Part shown: positions 51,182 to 64,000 of the stretch, piece by piece
How positions within the stretch are numbered: the first letter of the stretch is position 1
How the letters are laid out: the number at the start of each line of letters is the position of its first letter
Assembly: GCF_009914755.1 (NCBI RefSeq)
Contig: NC_060941.1
DNA: 64,000 nucleotides
Origin: the human T2T-CHM13v2.0 reference genome, Homo sapiens
Strand: one strand, 5' to 3'
Position numbers and translations under genes: made by a program
The notes under the pieces: generated by a model
Told to the model about the DNA's origin: nothing
Seen by the model: the letters and a program-made list of their open reading frames with translations, nothing else
The model's database searches: none

Positions 51182-51871
51182 GTTCTTCCCCATCTCTTGA
51201 CTACCATTAAGCAGCAGCCAGTACCATTTCCCCTCAGCCAGATGCTACCATGAACATGCTGTTGATTTAGGCTTAAAATACATTTAATATTCTTGAGCGG
51301 AGTGGATGATAGAGAGCTATGTGACATAGCTTATGTCTTTGTTAGCATAAAATTATACTCATGAAACTCTTAAAAAAAATAACCTGGCTGGACATAGCTT
51401 GGTGTTCCAGTAGATTAAGAAAGAGGAGATCAGTGTGAGTTGTTATTTTCAGAGTGAGCTTCAGAGATGAAGGGAATTTGAGGTGGATTAAACGTGAAAG
51501 GCCACTTGAGTTACAGAGAAGATGAGATCAAGTACCCAAGACAGGAATGAGAGGAGGTGGTTGGGATTCAACAACAGGGAGATTGGTATGATTACCTAGG
51601 AAGACTTTCCACTGTGGAATGTGGATTTTGAAATGTAGCATGGATTTAGAACACTTATTTGCAGTAGTAGGTTTTATAATGCGGTAGGATTTATAATGGT
51701 GAAAAACTAAAACCAATTCAGACATCTTACACTCATTTGTAACTCAGCATGTAACTTCCACTCAGGAGAGTATCAAAATGATTGCAAAAACTTGAGAACA
51801 GAAAAAACGCATGATGTAAAATTTCATTTTATGTCCCAATTATATATGTTAAAGTAATGTAGAGATTTGTG

Positions 51872-52532
<661 letters not shown>

Positions 52533-52553
52533 AAGAGCTTGGATGCTCGGTTG

Positions 52554-52627
52554 AGGCACCATTGGAATTGAAACTCAGGATCTCCTGTTTACTAGACAGG
52601 TGCTTTAACCAGCTAAGCCATGGTGCT
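52554..52627 (-). tRNA. tRNA-Thr(AGT) copy, probably a pseudogene
   Basis: 74 nt AGCACCATGGCTTAGCTGGTTAAAGCACCTGTCTAGTAAACAGGAGATCCTGAGTTTCAATTCCAATGGTGCCT; anticodon arm CCTGT-CTAGTAA-ACAGG and A box intact, but T-loop/B box TTCGAA changed to TTTCAA and an A1:C72 mismatch. Confidence 0.9.
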
Positions 52628-52679
52628 GCCCGTTGTGTATGTTTTTAATAACTGTAATATATGACCTTTTCCCCTTTAG

Positions 52680-52772
52680 GCGTTTACTGAAGCATTTGAA
52701 AGGGAACTAAGAAGACATAAAGTTCAAGAGAATATTGGACCTCTAAGAATACATGAGAAGGAGGAGGAAACA
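52680..52772 (+). CDS. CEP95: CEP95 exon 13
   Basis: [31 protein letters not shown]. Confidence 0.92.
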
Positions 52773-53643
52773 GTGGGTAAAAGTCTCCACTGTAATAAAT
52801 GCCATTTGATCAGATGAGTGGGAAGTACAAAGATGATCTTTTTAAAAGAAGAAGGGGCCAACAGGGCCTTAATCATGAGCTCTTTAGGAAAAGGCAGGAT
52901 TTCATGTCATGATACAGGACTTGCTTATTAATAAGGCATTCAGGTTGCTAAAATATGACGAGACATGGTTCCAAAGAAAAGTAGTGTTTTTCCGCTACTT
53001 AAAACTTCCCATCAGTTTTTAAGGGTTTATTTGACTTAGCAGTTCACCAGGGGCTTAAAAACTACTCTAGGCTGACAAAATTAAAGAAGAGTAAGAGAAG
53101 ACAGAACATCCTAGTTGGCTATAGACCTGGTTGTAAGAAACCCAAAACAGAAGTTTTCATTGCCTTTCAAAAGAATGGTTACAGAAACTAAGTGAAATCA
53201 TGGGGAAAATGCTTATGCTAAAATATTCATGAACAAAACAGGATATAAAGTACAGTATGGTTACAACTAAGCATACTGCATAGTTGCCTGAGAATTTTTT
53301 AAATCTACATGGAAAAAGAGAAGTACATTGAAACATTAATGGTTAAAAAAAAGATTAATAGTGGTTGTATTTAGGGTGTGGGACTATGGTGACTGAAACT
53401 TGAAAAAGATTCAGTGCTTTTTCAAATTCCAAGGGATGCCAGAGGCCAAAAGGTGCATTTAACTTAGAGTAAATGAATATTAACCAGATTTTACAAATTT
53501 GAAGTAAGGTGGTTTGGCTTACTGTTAGCTAAAAAACTAAAAAACTACCGTTAGCTGTTTTTGTCAGTATGTAATATTTAAGATGATGTATGAAAGAACT
53601 GTTAGACCTTTTATTTTTATTCTGTTTTATATCTGCTTCTAAG

Positions 53644-53776
53644 GAAAAAATATACAGAGGAGAAGCTGTTCGTAAAGGAACTCCAGAATGTAGTCAGCCC
53701 TGGAAGATTTACTCTAGAAAAACCACAACGCAGAGTCTAAGAGGTGGCCTCCCAAAGCCAAATAAAGCAGTTCCAA
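53644..53776 (+). CDS. CEP95: CEP95 exon 14
   Basis: [26 protein letters not shown]...KAVP. Confidence 0.92.
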
Positions 53777-54592
53777 GTAAGAACCACAGAATTGTACTTT
53801 ATGGAAAACTGGCAACCTTTGAAAGCATGTGCAACATTCCAAGGACACAGCACTGAAAGCTAACATCCACCAGTTAGCCGAAGAAAGTTTTTTTTTTTTC
53901 CCAATCACTGCCATGTGGCTGGTTTTCCGTAGAGGGCTAAAACTCTTCAATAAGGAAGTACTTCAGGGAGGCCTATATATTGGCACCCAAGGAATGCCAG
54001 GACTGCCACCTGCTGCTCCAGCGTTAGCCTCACTCGTGTGTTTACTCACTTTGACTGCCTTTTTGTCTATTTCTGGGAGGTTGGTAGAATGAAAGGGATG
54101 CTCCAAGGCAAGCAGATGGCCTGTCCACCTCCTATATATTGACAGTGCCAATGAGTGTAGAGTCTTGTTACAAGAAACAAAGTCATGAGAAATGCCAGGC
54201 TTCCTGTTACACCCAAAGACTGCTGGCCCTCCTACTCTATCCTTTAGACCAGAAACTTTTTCTTCTAAGCACTTGCCTACCGGGAAGGTTGAGGAGTCTT
54301 GTTTTACCGTACGTAGAGAATCTACCCACAGGCACTGAAGCGGCTGAGCAATTAGGATGGACTTCCCAGGACCAGCATGGCATCAATCCAGAACTATTGA
54401 GCTTATTTTTATCCTTACCAGTAGTTGGCTTACTCCAATCAGAGGAGTAATGCAAATTATTATAAGTACATTTAGAATTGTTCTTTTCAGGATCAAAACC
54501 ACATCACTTACATAAGCTTTGATCTACCAGGGATGTTGGATGACAGTTCTTGTCCACGTCTCAGATTAAGAACATCTTATTTTACCTTGCAG

Positions 54593-54762
54593 TGAAAGTA
54601 AGTGAACACAGTCTCCTGCCCCTTATGCTGGAGCAGTTTCCGTTTCTTTATGTTTCTGGCCCAACACTAAGCAAAATGTGGAAACAGCAAATTGCACAGG
54701 TTGAACAGCTTAAGAAAGAAGCATGTAGAGAAAATCGATCAAAGAAGAAACTCCAAGATGAA
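54593..54762 (+). CDS. CEP95: CEP95 exon 15
   Basis: [22 protein letters not shown]...KKLQDE. Confidence 0.95.
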
Positions 54763-54870
54763 GTAAGTTACTGTCAGTCTTAAGCATAGGAATTTAAATG
54801 AGAAGAGCTTATCCTTAAGAATTTAGTGAACAGCATTATTAACCTACTTAACTTCATGTCCCCCTTCAAG

Positions 54871-54945
54871 ATAGAAGAAGCCCTAAGAAGGCATGACCTC
54901 CTTACTACCCTTGTCAAGAAAGAATATGAACATAACAAGAGACTG
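54871..54945 (+). CDS. CEP95: CEP95 exon 16
   Basis: [25 protein letters not shown]. Confidence 0.95.
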
Positions 54946-55143
54946 GTATGTCAAGAGCAAGTTGGGTATTATAATTCTGAATTTGTTATATTCATTCCCT
55001 TTATCTGTGCTAGCTGGGCAACAGTTGCACAGACCCTTAACCTCTTAACACCTGCATGTGGAAGTGTTGCCTAGGTCTTTAACCAAAATTGATAGCCCAT
55101 GCCTGTAATCCCAGCACTTTGGGAGGCTGAGGTGAGAGGATCA

Positions 55144-55404
<261 letters not shown>

Positions 55405-56338
55405 CTAGGTACTTTATATACACAGTTTCAGTTAGTCTTCATAGTAATGTATTAGAGATGTTTTCTATGAAATGAAAACCCTGAAGCTTTGAGATACTAA
55501 GTAACTTGCCCTGGGTCTCACTGATAAGCAAGGGACACAGCTGAGATTTTAATCCAGTTCTGTCTGTGGACTCCATGGACCCATCTAGGTGCCAAGCAGC
55601 TGAACTTAGTGCTGTTTGCCCTCTCCCATCCTTCTCAGGTCCCAAGTAGAGAGCTCCAGGATTTATCAGCCTCCGTTATAATTTTGACTAGGAATTGTGC
55701 TTAGAGAATTACGAAGGGAGAGGATGGAGGTCAGAAACAATCTGCCAAAGGGAGAGATTTAAAAATCTTTGCCTGAGTGTGGAGTAGAGATAAGCCATGA
55801 GAACTGTAATACTGAACAGTTCCAGGAAGACATCTCAGGAACTGCAGATGGTACTTTCCTGTGGAGGGAAAAAACACTAGTATCTGAAACACCTACATAA
55901 GAGGCTTTATGTACATGACCCCATTTTATTTTCACTCCTTTGTCAGATACTGTCTAATTTCCTTAGTTTTTGCCTAAATGCTCCTGGCAGCTCAGGCTCT
56001 GCTTGAAAGTCTGGGTGTGCCATTTTCCTACTCCTTGTGAGGTGGCATCTGGGCCAGCCTTGTTAGCAGCTTCCTGGTGGCATGGGGAGTGAGCCCTCAG
56101 TTCCACAGGAGTGCCCAGGATCACTGCTGCCCTCTGCTGCAGTGGGGTGTTATTGGAGCTGCTCTTCAGATTGAGGTGATAAAGCTGCCAAAGGCTGAAG
56201 GGCTTCTGGGGCCACTGGCCCCCCACACGTGACATACTGCCTGAAGACATCGTGATGGGGAGTGAGGCAGATGAGAACGCTGGAATCTGCATTCCTCTTG
56301 TCCTTACCCTTCTCTTCCCTCCCCTTTCCCTTTCTTAG

Positions 56339-56491
56339 CAAGACTTCAAGGACTGCATTCGTAGGCAAAGGTTGACCCAATCAAAGATAAAAGAAAATCG
56401 ACAGCAAATCGTTCGTGCTCGAAAATATTATGATGATTATAGAGTTCAGTTGTGTGCAAAAATGATGAGAATGAGGACCCGGGAAGAAATG
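56339..56491 (+). CDS. CEP95: CEP95 exon 17
   Basis: [34 protein letters not shown]...TREEM. Confidence 0.95.
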
Positions 56492-57299
56492 GTAAGTCTG
56501 ACTTTTCTGTCCAGCCCTGTTAAGAAGGTGAACTTTGTTATCTTTCAGGACCACCTTCTTTGTTCGTGACTCTTGTCCAAATTTGAATCCAAAATCTAAA
56601 CTGAAGTCCTATAGTGCTGGCCCTGAGTTCTGCTTGGCCACACTTCATTTTCTTACTCCATTGTGCATTCCCGTCCATTCTCAGTCTCCGTGTCCCTCAT
56701 CTTAATGTGAAGTCTTACTTCCTCCCTGCCTCCTACACATAACAGGTACTTCTCCAGTAAAACTACTTTAGAGGTTTGGGAACATGTGAGAGACAAATTT
56801 AGTGTGATAACATGACCTTGCATTCCACATAAAATCAGGACTAGTGTCCAGCTGTGCTGTGAGGGGTTTTCCACAAGGATGACATTTGCTATGTCATCCT
56901 AATCAGGCTGTGAAATGATTAACCTTTTGAGATCCCAAGCTAGCAATAAATTTCATCTGTAAAATATTTTAGTAATTATAGTTTACTAAAGACTTGGACA
57001 TATTTCTAGAGGAAGGCTTTGAGGAGAGCGTAAGTAACTTGTCTGTAGCTCATGAATGCGTCGCCGTCAGAACCAGTTTTTCTATCCAGAATTTACACTG
57101 ATGAAGGGAGGACAAGTGCGCATATCCAAGCCCTTTGAGCAGTGTGTTTTCCGGTGGCCTCCCCAAATGATCACTCCCCCTCCTCAGTGATGTACATGTG
57201 TAGGTGTGGCATGTTTCTGCTCTTGGCGTTCTTACCCTATGTACATGGCTGCTTGACACTGCTTTTCTGAAGGTTGTAAAGAACCTCTGTGATACATGA

Positions 57300-57930
57300 A
57301 AAGATAATGAACACCTTCGTCATTAGGGAAATACGACTCAGAACCACAGTTAGAGGACGAGTGTTGGCAAGGATGTGGAGAACTTGGGGCTGTAAAATGG
57401 TGCAGCTGCTTTGGAAAACAATCTAGCAGTTCCTCAGAAGGTTACCAAAAGGTCATATAGAGTTACCCTATGACCCAGCAATTTCACTCCTAGCTATATA
57501 ATCACACAAAAAACACAAATGTTCATAGCATTACTTATAATAGCCTAAAAGGGGAAACAACCCAAAGTGTCCATCAGTTAATGAATGGATAAAGAGTGTG
57601 CATTCATTCATACAGTAGGATGTTACTTGGCAATAAAAAGGAATGAAGTATTCATACATACTGCAGTATAGATGAACCTTGAAAACATGCGGAGTGAAAG
57701 AAACCAAATACGAAAGGCCACGAATTACATGATTCCATTTTTAGGAAGTGTCCAGAATATGCAAATCCATGGAGACAGAAAGTACAGACTGGTGACTGCT
57801 AAGGATGGGACAGGGGGAATGAGCACTAGTCAGTATACGGTTTCTTTTTGGGGTGGTAAAAATGTTCTGTAGTGGTGATGGTTGCACAACTGAGTATAAT
57901 AAAACATACTGAATTATTTATTTTAAAAGG
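57300..57930 (+). mobile_element. L1MB-type 3' end
   Basis: TATGACCCAGCAATTTCACTCCTAG, GATGAACCTTGAAAACAT, GGTGATGGTTGCACAAC. Confidence 0.8.
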
Positions 57931-58048
57931 GTAAGGCTGGACTCAGTGGCTCACGCCTGTAATCCCAGCACTTTGGGAAGCTGAGGTGCAAGGATTGCTT
58001 GGGACCAGCCTGGGCAACATAGTGAGACGTCATCTCTCCAAAAAATTA

Positions 58049-58249
<201 letters not shown>

Positions 58250-58355
58250 CTAGTATTTAAAAAAAAAAAACCTTGGGAAATACAATCAGTATATACCTCT
58301 AGTTGGCCAAAATGATATTCCTCAATGACTATTTTTACGATTAAATAACTGACAG

Positions 58356-58502
58356 ATATTTAAGAAACTGTTTGAAGAAGGTTTAAACATTCAAAAGCAA
58401 AGATTACGAGACCTAAGAAACTATGCCAAAGAAAAGCGAGATGAACAAAGGAGACGCCACCAGGATGAACTGGACTCCATGGAGAACTACTATAAGGACC
58501 AG
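58356..58502 (+). CDS. CEP95: CEP95 exon 18
   Basis: [28 protein letters not shown]...ENYYKDQ. Confidence 0.95.
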
Positions 58503-58794
58503 GTGGGCTCCTGGCACTTGCTTACGCTGTTGTGCTTAGTCCTGACCACTTGCCCTTGTGGCAAAACTTGCTTAGTCTGTTGACAATAAACCTTGTGTTA
58601 ACTGAAGTTTGCACTCTACAGATTAGAGGACCCCATTTCAAGATTGAAATTTAAGATCAAATAATACCTGACCATAGTACAGTATATTTCCCTATTTCCA
58701 TTAAAATGATTTTAAGCCTGTGAACATTAAGAAATGTTACATTTGGACTACAAACATTAAATATAATATTTGTTTTTTTTCTTCCTATAAACAG

Positions 58795-58866
58795 TTTTCA
58801 TTGCTGGCAGAAGCCATATCACAGGAACATCAAGAACTTAAAGCCAGAGAGAAATCTCAGGCCCAG
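58795..58866 (+). CDS. CEP95: CEP95 exon 19
   Basis: [24 protein letters not shown]. Confidence 0.95.
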
Positions 58867-58887
58867 GTAATAATTAAGATAGAAGCC

Positions 58888-59093
58888 AAGTCATGCACTG
58901 CATGGCAATGTTTCTTTCAGCAAGGGACCTCGTACATTGGTGGTTGGAGCAATAGGCTGTATCATATAGCCCCGGTGTGCAGTGGACTGTACTCTCTAGG
59001 TTTGTGTAAGTACACTGACATTTTGCACAACAACAAAATCATTTAATGATGCATTTCTTGGAACATATCTCCATCATTAAGTGACACATGACT
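58888..59093 (-). mobile_element. Tigger3/MER7-type DNA transposon relic
   Basis: AGTCATG...CATGACT termini and CTAGGTTTGTGTAAGTACACT core. Confidence 0.75.
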
Positions 59094-59356
59094 AATTTAC
59101 ATTTTTAGGAAGTAGAAAACCAAATGTATTATACCTGTAAAGGGAATGGAGAGAAGACTAATAAGGCAATCCATCTATGACCCAAGACATTTTTATCCTA
59201 TGATTTTAACTTTAGTTAGGTCTCTGTAAGAGCTGCTGTTGCTAGATTATTGAAAATTTTGGAGGAGTTTGATTAGCTGGAAGATGGAGAGGGAACAATA
59301 GATGAGGGCCTGGATAAATGCTGTGAACAGCGGGATGACATGCCTTCTTTTTTCAG

Positions 59357-59533
59357 ACATTACATAAGGTGAAGAGGGAGCTGAGATCTAAGATGGAGAA
59401 GGAAATTCAGCAGCTGCAGGACATGATAACACAGAATGATGATGATGTTTTCTTCCGGGAACTGGAAGCTGAGCGCTTCAGATCTCGGCTTCAGCTGGCT
59501 TCCTTTCAGTACAGTAAAAGTCCCTCCCTATGA
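59357..59533 (+). CDS. CEP95: CEP95 exon 20 (coding part)
   Basis: [22 protein letters not shown]...SKSPSL then TGA. Confidence 0.95.
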
Positions 59534-59679
59534 GGCCAGACTTGATAATAGTAGGTGAAGGTTCTGGAGGCCTTTACCAGGACAGAGCTAGAATCGAGCC
59601 AGTAAACAGTCTAAGCCAGAAAAATAATTTTCAAATGCTTTACCTGTATTTTCATTCCAGTACTTTTTATGATTTTTTA

Positions 59680-59685
59680 AATAAA
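59680..59685 (+). terminator. CEP95 polyadenylation signal
   Basis: AATAAA about 150 nt after the stop; U-rich flanks. Confidence 0.8.
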
Positions 59686-60171
59686 AATTGTTTTCTAAAA
59701 GCTTATTGCTTTTGAATTTATGACCTGACACCTGAAAAGGGGAAAATAATCATTAGTCGTATTTGTGCTAAAGCAAGTAACAAGCCTTGTGTGAGCAGCC
59801 AGCTCCTGAAGTTTGTTGCTTTAAGTCAACAAAAATAATTAATTAAGAATTAGCACTTGAGGACAAAAAAATACTATATTATTTCTGATTCATGAGAGAA
59901 GAAAGGTGGGTGGTTATCAGAGGTGGGCCTCGGAGAACCTTGACAATACCATGTATGTGTAGACTTCATAACATGGCTGGACGATGAGAGACTATGCATT
60001 ACGGCAGTTGGGTGCAGAGGCTCATGCCTATAATCCCAGCACTTTGGGAGGCTGAGGCGGGTGGATCACTTGAGGTCAGGAGTTCGAAACCAGCTTGGCC
60101 AAACCTGGTTTCCCTGGTTTAGTACAGAGATGGTGAAACCCTGTCTGTACTAAAAATACAAAAATTAGCTA

Positions 60172-60288
<117 letters not shown>

Positions 60289-60335
60289 TCAAAAAAATAA
60301 TAAAAAATGCATTATGGTTTCTGTTGGTTGGCAGA

Positions 60336-60380
60336 AGATAGATAGATAGATAGATAGCAGTGAGAAGAGATAGATAGATA
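60336..60380. repeat. Interrupted (GATA)n repeat
   Basis: Read directly. Confidence 0.85.
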
Positions 60381-61615
60381 AAGGGTGGAAAGCCAGGCTG
60401 TCATTCAAAGACGCATTAGTGACTTGAGGTGGGAAGGAGGCATGATGATGGGTTTCAAGTGGGCAAGAGTGCACCAGCCTCATATCTGGTATGGAGGAAT
60501 ACGAGGAAAAAAAACCCACTTGGGGGCGGCGTCATCAATGAAAAGGGAAGGCTACACTTCTTTTAAGCTAGAGGAAGCTTCAGAGCAGTTGAGGATATGG
60601 GGACTTGGAAGCCAGGGAGTGGCAGAGAGAGGCTTCCATTAGAGCATAGAGAGTGCTGTGCGGATGAGTGTATGTATGATGAGAGGCCAGGAGGCCTGAA
60701 GCAGTGAAAACTGACCTAGAGAGAAGACATCTGGATCAACTGCTGTGGTTCCAAGTGCTGAGCTCTTGGAATGGAAACTGGCAGAAGGGTGGGCCACCAG
60801 GCAGGCGGGAGCTTCCAGCGGGGAAAGGCTTGATGGACTGGGTGTGTCTGGAGCACAGTAAATGACATACAGACCCCTGTGATGTGTTGTGACAATTCAG
60901 CAAGCACAGGTGAATGGAAAGGACAGGAAATGCACAAGATGAGGCTAGATACGCAAGAGCTGGAACATAAGTTCTAAAAAATGTTAAGCAGAAGATAAAG
61001 TAGATCTAGATAGCCATAAAATACTGAGTAAAAAAGTTTTAGACTACAAAATACGCAGTTTTATAGAAAAAAACATGGTATGAGTGGGTATTATACATAT
61101 GATGCAATATAAATATGATACAGAAAAGATCCGGAAGCATGGCAGATGTGACTCTTGAGTGGTAGATTATATAATACCATTAGATCTGTTAACACAAGCC
61201 TAACGATGCTTTTATTATGATTTTTTTTTAAATGTAAAATATTTTAGGAAGACTGAAGTTGCTAGTTCTGGTGATTGGTGGGAACTGGTGCTCTTTACCA
61301 AGCTAAAAAGTAACCAGGAATAAACAACAAGAGAAAGAATTTATGAGAGAATTGGTCAGGGAAGGAATAGGATTGCTCAGCAAAGGTCAGAAAATAGGAG
61401 ACAACATATTTTTGAAAAATCAAAAGCAAATAAAGATCACTTCACCAGACTAGCTTAGCAAGCAGAGGACAGTGCGATTCAAGTGCTGTGGATTGTGTGC
61501 ATCAAGCCAGTCAGCGTGGAGCAGCCCAGGAAAGATTCATCACAGTCATGCATTTGGAAAGTCCTGTGGGGGGTGTTACAGAGTGAGGTGCTTGGTATTA
61601 GAACTAAATGCCTCA

Positions 61616-61906
<291 letters not shown>

Positions 61907-62507
61907 TTAGGTTCCCTTGCCAATCCCACAGACTGCACCACAGCGTGGTGGTGCTCACCTGTAGTCCCAGCCACTTGGGAGGCTGGCATAGGATCAACGT
62001 GAGCCCAGGAGTTTCAGGCTACAGTGCACCATGACTGCGCCTGTGAAATAGCTACTGCACTCCAGCCTGGACAACACAGTGAGACCACAAACACACATTC
62101 AAGTCTGGGATTCAGGGCCTTGCTGAGGTGGGTATTTACTCATGTGCTCCCATCATGACTGACTTTGCTGTACATAAATTGAGCTTTGAGCACTTAAGTT
62201 TGAACTTGGCCCACAGTGAGACACAGACTAGAAGCATGACTTTGGAAGTTCACTTTCTAACCACCATGCAAAGCTATATGGCTATCAGCTAGTACAGAGC
62301 CTGGCATGTAGCAGGAGCATAGTAAATATTTGTTGAATGAGCAGCAGACAAGTCACATTTAGGGCAGATACCTTTTAAGTAAAATTTAAAATCTGGTCTG
62401 TCTAGTTTGCTACGAATGTTAACATAGGAATGTAAAGTAACACTTCTCCTGCGTGATTACCTCCTTTATCCTGTTACTAGGCTCTTGTTCTGTTGCATAT
62501 ATCTTAT

Positions 62508-62513
<6 letters not shown>

Positions 62514-62541
<28 letters not shown>
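62514..62541. repeat. (TA)n microsatellite
   Basis: Read directly. Confidence 0.9.
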
Positions 62542-62544
<3 letters not shown>

Positions 62545-62995
62545 AGCATTTGGTATATGAAGTACAAATCAATGCAGTGGGTAACATGGTTAACCTTCAT
62601 TACAATGAAGGGACAAACTTCAGGTTAAACTTCTGATCATTAGTCAAATCAAACTTGGATAATTTGTAGACTATTATAATACTAAAAAACAAAAAATTGT
62701 TTTTGAGACAAGGAAGGTCTCAGTCTGTTGCCCAGGTTGGAGTACAGTGGCTCAATCATGGCTCACTGCAGCCTCGGCCTCCCAGGGCTCAAACAATCCC
62801 CCCATCTCAGCCCCACCTCCAGTAGCTGGGACTATCAGCCACGTGCCACTGCGCCCAGCTAGTTTTCATATTGTTTGTAGAGATGGGGTTTCGCCATGTT
62901 GCCTAGGCTGGTCTCAAGCTAGGCTCAAGAGATTCACCTGCTTTGGCTTCCCAAAGTGCTGGGATTACAAGCGCAAGCCACAGCACCTGGCCTAA

Positions 62996-63226
<231 letters not shown>

Positions 63227-64000
63227 TGACCTCGTGATCCGCCCATCTCAGCCTCCCAGAGTGCTGGGATTACAGGCGCGAGCCACTGCACCCGGCCAAA
63301 AATCTTTAATGTACTAAAACTTTATAAATTTTAGATAAAACCAGTAAACACAGCAATGAGGGACAAAGCAAAACAAAAATATTCAAAAGAATATTAAAGC
63401 ATATAAACAAAAGCATGCTCACCCTTTGAACTTTAATACACTGCTACTACTTACACATTTCCCAGGTGTTCCCTTCTGTTGTACCCTATGCTGTGTAGAC
63501 TTACACAGACCATATTCATTCCTTTTCTATCCATAGAGTTAGCTGGACTTTAGTCCACTATCATTAATACAGTAGTGAATTATAAACCTTAAAATCCACA
63601 GCTTCTAGAAAAAATACAATTGATTTCTCCTTTTCATTTTGAGAATTTTACTGCTCGACATACCAAGGTAGGGCTGGCAAATATGAGCCCCTGTCATAGG
63701 CCTGCCCTACAGAGCGGAGATGTATTATAGCAAAGATGGTTGCAGACTGGTGACAGGACCAAGATGCTCTTCCCCACTAGCCCCTGACCCCCCTCAGAAA
63801 TCCACCTATGCGGTACCCCCAACAGGTACTACCAACTGAGCAGTCACCACGGCCGGAGAAAACGGGCACCTTCCCTGCTCTGCGAGGAGACAGAAAGCTG
63901 AGCTCTGCAACATGACAGAGGCATCAACTCAGGATGGCATGTGTTCTTGAACTTTTCATTTTGTGACTCATGTTGTCACCCTCCATAGAGCCAACCATAA

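Noticed and set aside
63360-64000. Unique sequence at the window end, possibly near the SMURF2 3' end; possible MILR1 extensions over POLG2
   Set aside because: Neighbouring genes are known to me only from recall; no exon or poly(A) site could be assigned from the sequence here.

Overview
Human genomic DNA, recognisable from the protein sequences as the chr17q23-24 POLG2-DDX5-CEP95 cluster. Minus strand: POLG2 exons 1-7 (the last exon lies left of the window) and the complete 13-exon DDX5 gene (1845-nt CDS, 614 aa), whose intron 11 carries MIR3064 and MIR5047. Plus strand: the complete 20-exon CEP95 gene (2466-nt CDS, 821 aa), sharing a bidirectional CpG-island promoter with DDX5. I rebuilt all exon boundaries by hand from splice signals, and the phases add up. 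The POLG2 and CEP95 introns are dense in Alu, L1, L2, MIR and DNA-transposon relics, while the DDX5 unit is Alu-free. Most notable extras: an ATP5MF retrocopy with an intact ORF nested in an Alu tail; a tRNA-Thr(AGT) copy joined through a trailer-like spacer to an Alu; an array of cryptic splice sites in DDX5 intron 11; TACAAAA instead of TATAAAA at the DDX5 -30 position; a MER11 solo LTR pointing at the DDX5 promoter; an Alu flanked by an ~86-bp duplication; and a palindromic microsatellite that arose inside a tandem duplication. Gene, miRNA and repeat-family names come from recall, not from a search. Repeat boundaries are approximate and the Alu list is not exhaustive.
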